From positions 608,001 through 672,000 of the forward strand of contig OZ241877.1 in NCBI GenBank assembly GCA_965203095.1: 64,000 bases of DNA, in the 5' to 3' direction. Below the pieces are notes generated by a model, which saw only the letters and a list, made by a program, of their open reading frames with translations, did not search any database and was not told where the DNA came from. The translations under genes were made by a program, and so were the position numbers. This stretch comes from Bdellovibrionales bacterium (lineage in GTDB: Bacteria; Bdellovibrionota; Bdellovibrionia; Bdellovibrionales; UBA1609). Positions within the stretch are counted from its first letter, which is position 1. Each line of letters starts with the position of its first letter. Of this stretch, positions 58,727 to 64,000 are shown in pieces.

Positions 58727-61700
58727 TTAAACCAGGTGAGCTGAAATATCCTTAGCCTTCATATCTACAGACACAATTTGAGAAACCCCCGGCCTCTCCA
58801 TTGTGACGCCATAAAGCTTCCCGCAAGCCTGCATACTGTGTTTGTTATGGGTAATTACAATCACCTGGCTGGCCCTTGACATTTCTTTAAGAATGGAGAG
58901 GAACCGGATCACATTGGAATCATCTAAAGGGGCATCGGCCTCATCAATTACACAAAAAGGCGATGGCCTAACTAAAAATAGAGAATAAACAAGACAAATT
59001 CCTGCCAAAGCCTTTTCCCCTCTGGAAAGCAAGCTCACACTTTGGTTTTTTTTGCCCGGAGGCTGTATCAAAATATCCACGCCCGGCTCTTCCTGACTTT
59101 CCGAATCTTCTTTTAAAATGAGTTGTGCTTTGGCCTGCTCTCCGGGAAAAATCACAGAGAAAACCTGTGAAAATCGCTTATTGATCTCCTCCAACATATC
59201 GTTAAATCGGGCACTGCAAATTTTATCAACATGAGCAATCACTTTCATAATTTCTTTTTTAGAGTTAAGCATATCCTCTTTTTGCCCATTTAAAAAGAAA
59301 TTCTCTTTAGATAGCTTTTCATATTCCTCTAAGGCCAAAAAATTGACTTCCCTGATCCGGCTCAGCTGTTTTTCATAATGATCCCTTTCTGCTTTGAGTT
59401 TCTCTAAAGGGATCTTTTCTGGTGAAGGGCTGTAGTCCTCAATACGGGACTGACAATTTTCTAAAAATTGAGCTTTAATATGTGTTTTTTCCAGCTCCTT
59501 TTTTTCCTCCTCGGATTGTAAATTGTTAATTTCCAATTTGATTTGAAAAACTGTAGACTCCATCTCCTTTATAGATTTTTCCTGATTTTCCTTAAGCTCC
59601 CGGCTTTGCTGATAATCATCCTGACAAAAAATAAGCTGTCTTTCTAATTCTTTCTTTTTTTTCTGAATGAACTGCAACTCTTGCTGGCCATTTCCATCAG
59701 CTTTTCCATCGGAGTTATCCTGTGGAGCTGACTTTTCACGACCTTCTATATGATCCATTAAACCCAGTAAAAGGGATATTTCCCGTTCTCTGTTTTTTTG
59801 CTGGCTTTGATTATCTAATAACTCCTGTTCTTTTTGGATCTTAATAACATTTTGAGCCTTAAACGCTCTTACTTCCTCTAACTGCTTTTTCCACTGAGTT
59901 TCTTTAAGAGAAAGGTTGGCCCCTACTTTTTGAATTTCCTTATGGCCAGCAGACTTCTTTAAAATCAGGTTTTGTTTCTCTTTTTCAAAATGAATTATTT
60001 TTTGCTCATTCTTTTTACGACTTTCCGAAAGTTTTAAAATATCTCTCTCTTTATGTTCTAAATCCTTTTGAGCTGAGATCAAGCTTTCAAAATTTTGGTT
60101 AAATGCCTCCGCCCAACTTTGCTTTTCACTTTGCATGTGGCTCAACTGCTTATCAAGAGCTTCTAAGTTCATCCTTTTGACTTTAAGTGCGGTTTTTTGA
60201 TCCATTAGCTTTTCTGAAAGCTCCTCAATTTGAGAGTGAATCTCGATCAAACCCGCTCCTTGTTTAACAGATCCGGCATAAACAAAAGAATCCCTGGCCA
60301 CAAAATCCCCGTCCTGCGTGACGAACTGAAAAGCCGGAAATTGCCTTTTCAGATCAAAAGCGGAGGGCAGGTCAGAGACAACAGCTGTTTGTTCTAACAG
60401 AGCTTTAAGAGGCTCTGTGTGAATATTCCATTTTACTTTTTCATCTAAAAAACAAATGAAGGCAGGATAATCACGCAATTTTTTTCGAGAATCGGCTGAA
60501 ATCGGCATAAAAGGAAGAGAGCTTAAAAAACAAGCCTTCCCTTTATTGCCCGTTTTCAATCTTCTAACAGCGGGAATAATATCTGTCTCCTCTTTAGGAA
60601 TGAGAGCTTGAGCTGAAGGCCCTAAAACAGCTCCTAAGGCAGAAATATACTGAGGGTCTATCTTTAAATTTTGAAATAGAGGCTCAAACTCCCCCGGCTT
60701 CCATTTATTTAAATCCCCTGCCCCTTCACTAATTGATTCAAAATGACTTATGAGCTTTTTCATCTCCTCTATTTTACTCTGTAAGGCAGAAATGCTTTGG
60801 TTCATGTTGTTGGCCTCTGTTTCCATATTCTGTTTTTTATCTAAGAGGTTTTGCTTTTTCTCCTCTATAAGGCATAGGCTTTGCTCTAAATCCCAACGAG
60901 CATTTTCCCGCTTTTTTAAAAGACCCCTCAGTTGATCTTTTTCACCAATGCTCTCTTGGATTTGTGTTTGAAGACTGCCTTTTTCCTCCAATAATTTCCC
61001 GATCTCTCTTTCAATAAAATCCAATTGTGCCCGCAAACTCTCAATGTCAGCCATAGCGGATTTTTTGGTTTGAAGAGCCTCATCTATTTGATGTCGGATC
61101 CGCCCAAGGGAATCCTCTAAATCCTCAATATCCGGCTTGTTTTTAAAAAAAGATTGGATTTCCTTCAGTTGGGATTGAAGGGCCTTTTCCCGATCCTTTA
61201 AATCCTTTTGTTTGCCTCTTATGCTTTCCACTAACTCAGAGGCTTTAAGCCGACGAGTTTTTAACTGCTCTCGGCTTTCCTTTTTCATATTTTCAATTAA
61301 CTCTAAAGCCCCCACTCGATCCCGCAAGCGAGTCTCCTCTAAAGTCTGATTCATAATGTCCTGTTTGATAGCAGAGATTTTGGAATTTCCCTCTTCTATT
61401 TGATTTTTTGTTGTTTGGATCTGGGCTTGCTTCTCCTTAATTTTTTCCTCCAAATCCCTCGCCTTTTGTGTTTTTTCTAACTTGTCTGCTTTTAAAAAAA
61501 CCTGCTCCCTTTTTAATTTTTGATAAGTGCGAAAAATATTCTCTCTCTCATTTTGTTTGATTTTTTGTTCCCGAATTTCAATTTCTTTTTTGAGTTTTCT
61601 ATATTTTTCCGCTGTTTTGGCTTGGTTAGATAACTGGCCCAGTTGAGTCTCCTGAAGTTTTAAAACATCTTTAAGCCTTTGCAAATTTTGGCTGACCAAA

Positions 61701-62257
61701 TTCAATTTTCTAACCGATTCTGATTTTCTGTTTTTAAATTTTGAAATACCTGCGGACTCCTCAATAATGACTCGCCTTTGGTTTGGCTGAGCGGTGATGA
61801 GTCTCTCTATAGCCGTTTGTTCTATCAAACTAAAACCTCTACAGCCCACTCCTGTATTCATAAAAAATTCCTTAATGTCTCTTAAAAGGCAATCCTCCTG
61901 ATTGATAAAATATTCACTTCTCCCATCACGAAAAGCCCGCCGACTGATCCTTATTTCAGAAAATTTTTTATAGTTTTCCGGAAAGCCACTCCGGCCCGGT
62001 CTTAAAGTGAGATGAACTTCTGCTAAATTTCCAGAAGGCTCAGGCCCTGCACCAGCAAAAATCACATCAGAAAATGACTCCCCCCGGAGTTGTTTTGGAG
62101 AACTTTCCCCCATCACCCACAAAAGTGCATCCACTACATTAGACTTGCCACAACCGTTAGGCCCTACAATTCCAGTAATCTCATGATTTTCAAACTCCAA
62201 AACCGTTTTGTTTTTGAAGGATTTGAAACCAAAAATTTCCATTTGTTTTATGAACAT
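58727..62257 (-). CDS. smc: Chromosome segregation protein SMC
   Basis: GFKSF, GPNGCGKSN, long coiled coils, a hinge region, LSRGEK and DEADAPLD. Confidence 0.93.
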   Translation of the reverse strand: MFIKQMEIFGFKSFKNKTVLEFENHEITGIVGPNGCGKSNVVDALLWVMGESSPKQLRGESFSDVIFAGAGPEPSGNLAEVHLTLRPGRSGFPENYKKFSEIRISRRAFRDGRSEYFINQEDCLLRDIKEFFMNTGVGCRGFSLIEQTAIERLITAQPNQRRVIIEESAGISKFKNRKSESVRKLNLVSQNLQRLKDVLKLQETQLGQLSNQAKTAEKYRKLKKEIEIREQKIKQNERENIFRTYQKLKREQVFLKADKLEKTQKARDLEEKIKEKQAQIQTTKNQIEEGNSKISAIKQDIMNQTLEETRLRDRVGALELIENMKKESREQLKTRRLKASELVESIRGKQKDLKDREKALQSQLKEIQSFFKNKPDIEDLEDSLGRIRHQIDEALQTKKSAMADIESLRAQLDFIEREIGKLLEEKGSLQTQIQESIGEKDQLRGLLKKRENARWDLEQSLCLIEEKKQNLLDKKQNMETEANNMNQSISALQSKIEEMKKLISHFESISEGAGDLNKWKPGEFEPLFQNLKIDPQYISALGAVLGPSAQALIPKEETDIIPAVRRLKTGNKGKACFLSSLPFMPISADSRKKLRDYPAFICFLDEKVKWNIHTEPLKALLEQTAVVSDLPSAFDLKRQFPAFQFVTQDGDFVARDSFVYAGSVKQGAGLIEIHSQIEELSEKLMDQKTALKVKRMNLEALDKQLSHMQSEKQSWAEAFNQNFESLISAQKDLEHKERDILKLSESRKKNEQKIIHFEKEKQNLILKKSAGHKEIQKVGANLSLKETQWKKQLEEVRAFKAQNVIKIQKEQELLDNQSQQKNREREISLLLGLMDHIEGREKSAPQDNSDGKADGNGQQELQFIQKKKKELERQLIFCQDDYQQSRELKENQEKSIKEMESTVFQIKLEINNLQSEEEKKELEKTHIKAQFLENCQSRIEDYSPSPEKIPLEKLKAERDHYEKQLSRIREVNFLALEEYEKLSKENFFLNGQKEDMLNSKKEIMKVIAHVDKICSARFNDMLEEINKRFSQVFSVIFPGEQAKAQLILKEDSESQEEPGVDILIQPPGKKNQSVSLLSRGEKALAGICLVYSLFLVRPSPFCVIDEADAPLDDSNVIRFLSILKEMSRASQVIVITHNKHSMQACGKLYGVTMERPGVSQIVSVDMKAKDISAHLV

Positions 62258-62300
62258 AAAAACTCACTCCGTCAGGGTTTATTTAATATTTTGTAGTTTT

Positions 62301-63998
62301 TCATTTTTCTTGGTTCTTTTTTATAGCACATTGAGCCGCTGACAGGCGGGCAATGGGCACTCTATAAGGCGAACAACTCACATAATCTAAACCTATCTCA
62401 TTAAAGAAAAATAAACTTTGAGGATCACCGCCATGCTCTCCACAAACACCAATCTTTATATCTTTTTTTGTTTGTCTTGCTTTTTGAACAGCTATCTTCA
62501 TTAAAGCCCCCACACCCTGAATATCAATTTGTGAGAAAGGGTCTTGATCTAAAATTTCTTTCTGAATGTAAGAGGGTAAAAATTTCCCGCAGTCATCTCT
62601 GGAAAAACCAAACACAGTTTGAGTGAGGTCATTAGTTCCAAAACTAAAAAAATCCCCTAACTCTGCCAGATGATCTGCCTCCAAACAAGCTCTGGGAAGT
62701 TCAATCATTGTCCCTATGGATAAGGGGAGTTGGATTTTAAAATCCTGTTCCGCCCTTTGGATTTCAGATTGAGCCATATTTTTTAAAAGCTCTAACTCCT
62801 TTTTAGAGCAAATTAAAGGGATCATAATCTCTGCCTGTATTTTTTTGTTTTTCTGGATAAAATGAGCCACAGCAGAACTTAAAGCTTTCACCTGCACCAA
62901 GTAAATTTCCGGAAAAGTAATGGCCAAACGGCAACCTCGATGGCCTAACATGGGATTGCTCTCTGATAGATTTTTGATTTTAAAAGCCAACTCTTCCTCG
63001 TTGAGATCCATTTGAAGAGCCAACTGTGCTATCTCTTTTTGGCTTTGAGGCAAAAACTCATGAAGGGGGGGGTCCAACAACCGGACAGTCAGAGGGTAGG
63101 GGGATATAATATCTAAAATTTCAACAAAATCAGCTTGTTGGGCTTTAAAGAGATCTTTTAGGGCTTGCTCTTTGTCGTCTACGCTTTCTGACAAAATCAT
63201 TTTCCGCATAATATGTATGCGATCCGGACCAAAAAACATGTGCTCTGTCCGGCAAAGCCCTATTCCTTGGGCTCCAAATTTTTTAGCTTTTTTAACATCT
63301 TCCGGTGTTTCTGCATTGGCCAAAACTTTCAACCGGGCATATTTGTCAGTCAAATCCATAAGCTTAAAAAAATTTTTATCTAAAACGGGGGCTTTTGTCT
63401 TCACTTTTCCCAAAAAAATCTCTCCTGTAGAACCATTCAAACTGATTTCATCTCCCTCTTTTAAAACATGATCTTTAAAATAAAGCTCCTTTTTACCTTC
63501 ATCAATCCGGGCTGTCTCACAACCCACAATGCAGGCTTTGCCCATACTTCTCGCCACCACAGCGGCATGAGAGGTCATCCCCCCACGGGCAGTAAGAATG
63601 CCTACGGAGTGAATCATCCCGTTTATGTCCTCTGGTGAGGTTTCTGTCCGGACCAAAATCACAGACAAGCCCCTTTTGCCCAATTCTTCTGCCCTCTCAC
63701 TGTCAAACACAATTTTTCCTCTTCCAGCACCAGGGCTGGCGGGAAGGGCTTTAGCCAAAATTGTTTTCTCATCTGAGCTGTCAATAGACGGATGCAAAAG
63801 GACAGTCAAAGAGGAAGGATCCACTTGGGATAAAATATCTTTATCTGTTAAAAGTCCTTCTTGTTTTAAATCAAAAAGAATTTTTAACTGTGCCCTGGGG
63901 TTGCATTTGGCATTTCGGGTTTGCAAAAGCCACAGTTGGCCCTTTTCCACAGTCCATTCAATATCCTGAACAAAATGATAATGCTGTTCCAGCTTTTC
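62301..63998 (-). CDS. ppdK: Pyruvate phosphate dikinase (3' part; start outside the window)
   Basis: Motifs QDIE....LQTR, GGMTSHAAVVAR, GIGLCRTEHMFF, ESNPMLGHRGCRL, SFGTNDLTQ and GVCGEHGG; the frame stays open to the window edge. Confidence 0.96.
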   Translation of the reverse strand, partial: EKLEQHYHFVQDIEWTVEKGQLWLLQTRNAKCNPRAQLKILFDLKQEGLLTDKDILSQVDPSSLTVLLHPSIDSSDEKTILAKALPASPGAGRGKIVFDSERAEELGKRGLSVILVRTETSPEDINGMIHSVGILTARGGMTSHAAVVARSMGKACIVGCETARIDEGKKELYFKDHVLKEGDEISLNGSTGEIFLGKVKTKAPVLDKNFFKLMDLTDKYARLKVLANAETPEDVKKAKKFGAQGIGLCRTEHMFFGPDRIHIMRKMILSESVDDKEQALKDLFKAQQADFVEILDIISPYPLTVRLLDPPLHEFLPQSQKEIAQLALQMDLNEEELAFKIKNLSESNPMLGHRGCRLAITFPEIYLVQVKALSSAVAHFIQKNKKIQAEIMIPLICSKKELELLKNMAQSEIQRAEQDFKIQLPLSIGTMIELPRACLEADHLAELGDFFSFGTNDLTQTVFGFSRDDCGKFLPSYIQKEILDQDPFSQIDIQGVGALMKIAVQKARQTKKDIKIGVCGEHGGDPQSLFFFNEIGLDYVSCSPYRVPIARLSAAQCAIKKNQEK

Positions 63999-64000
63999 AC

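Noticed and set aside
1738..63969. Numerous 60-180-aa ORFs overlapping identified genes
   Set aside because: Antisense or alternate-frame shadows of well-supported genes, with no motifs or SD support.

Overview
A 64-kb AT-rich bacterial chromosome segment. Gene content suggests a Bdellovibrionota-like organism that may be host-associated (inference from GYF/TPR, LysM lipoprotein and secreted ankyrin proteins). The housekeeping backbone is rimP-nusA-infB-truB, tnaA, rpsR/rpmB/rplX, eno, rnhB, an IscS-type desulfurase, nusB, pyrC, ahcY, murA-prmC-prfA-rho, smc and a partial ppdK, with tRNA-Pro(TGG), tRNA-Asp(GTC) and tRNA-Ser(TGA). Two accessory regions lie next to tRNA 3' ends. Region 1 (1-7260, tRNA-Pro) carries a secreted gene pair, rhuM, an orphan type III Mod, a frameshifted Rpn that keeps an intact internal RpnS-like frame, and ParA. 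Region 2 (38190-46530, tRNA-Asp) carries an MmeI-like RM enzyme, a cold-shock-domain protein and a four-gene cassette. The top candidate for a new system is that cassette: PtuA-like ATPase + HNH nuclease + carboxynorspermidine-decarboxylase-like enzyme + DUF3326 protein, tightly coupled and bracketed by imperfect inverted repeats. Other notable features are secreted tandem-repeat proteins sharing a post-signal CxxxF motif, an enolase with a ~190-aa N-terminal extra domain, a collapsed Schlafen/AlbA_2 gene where rbfA usually sits, and MITE- and dRS3-like repeats. Family assignments come from recalled motifs, not database searches.
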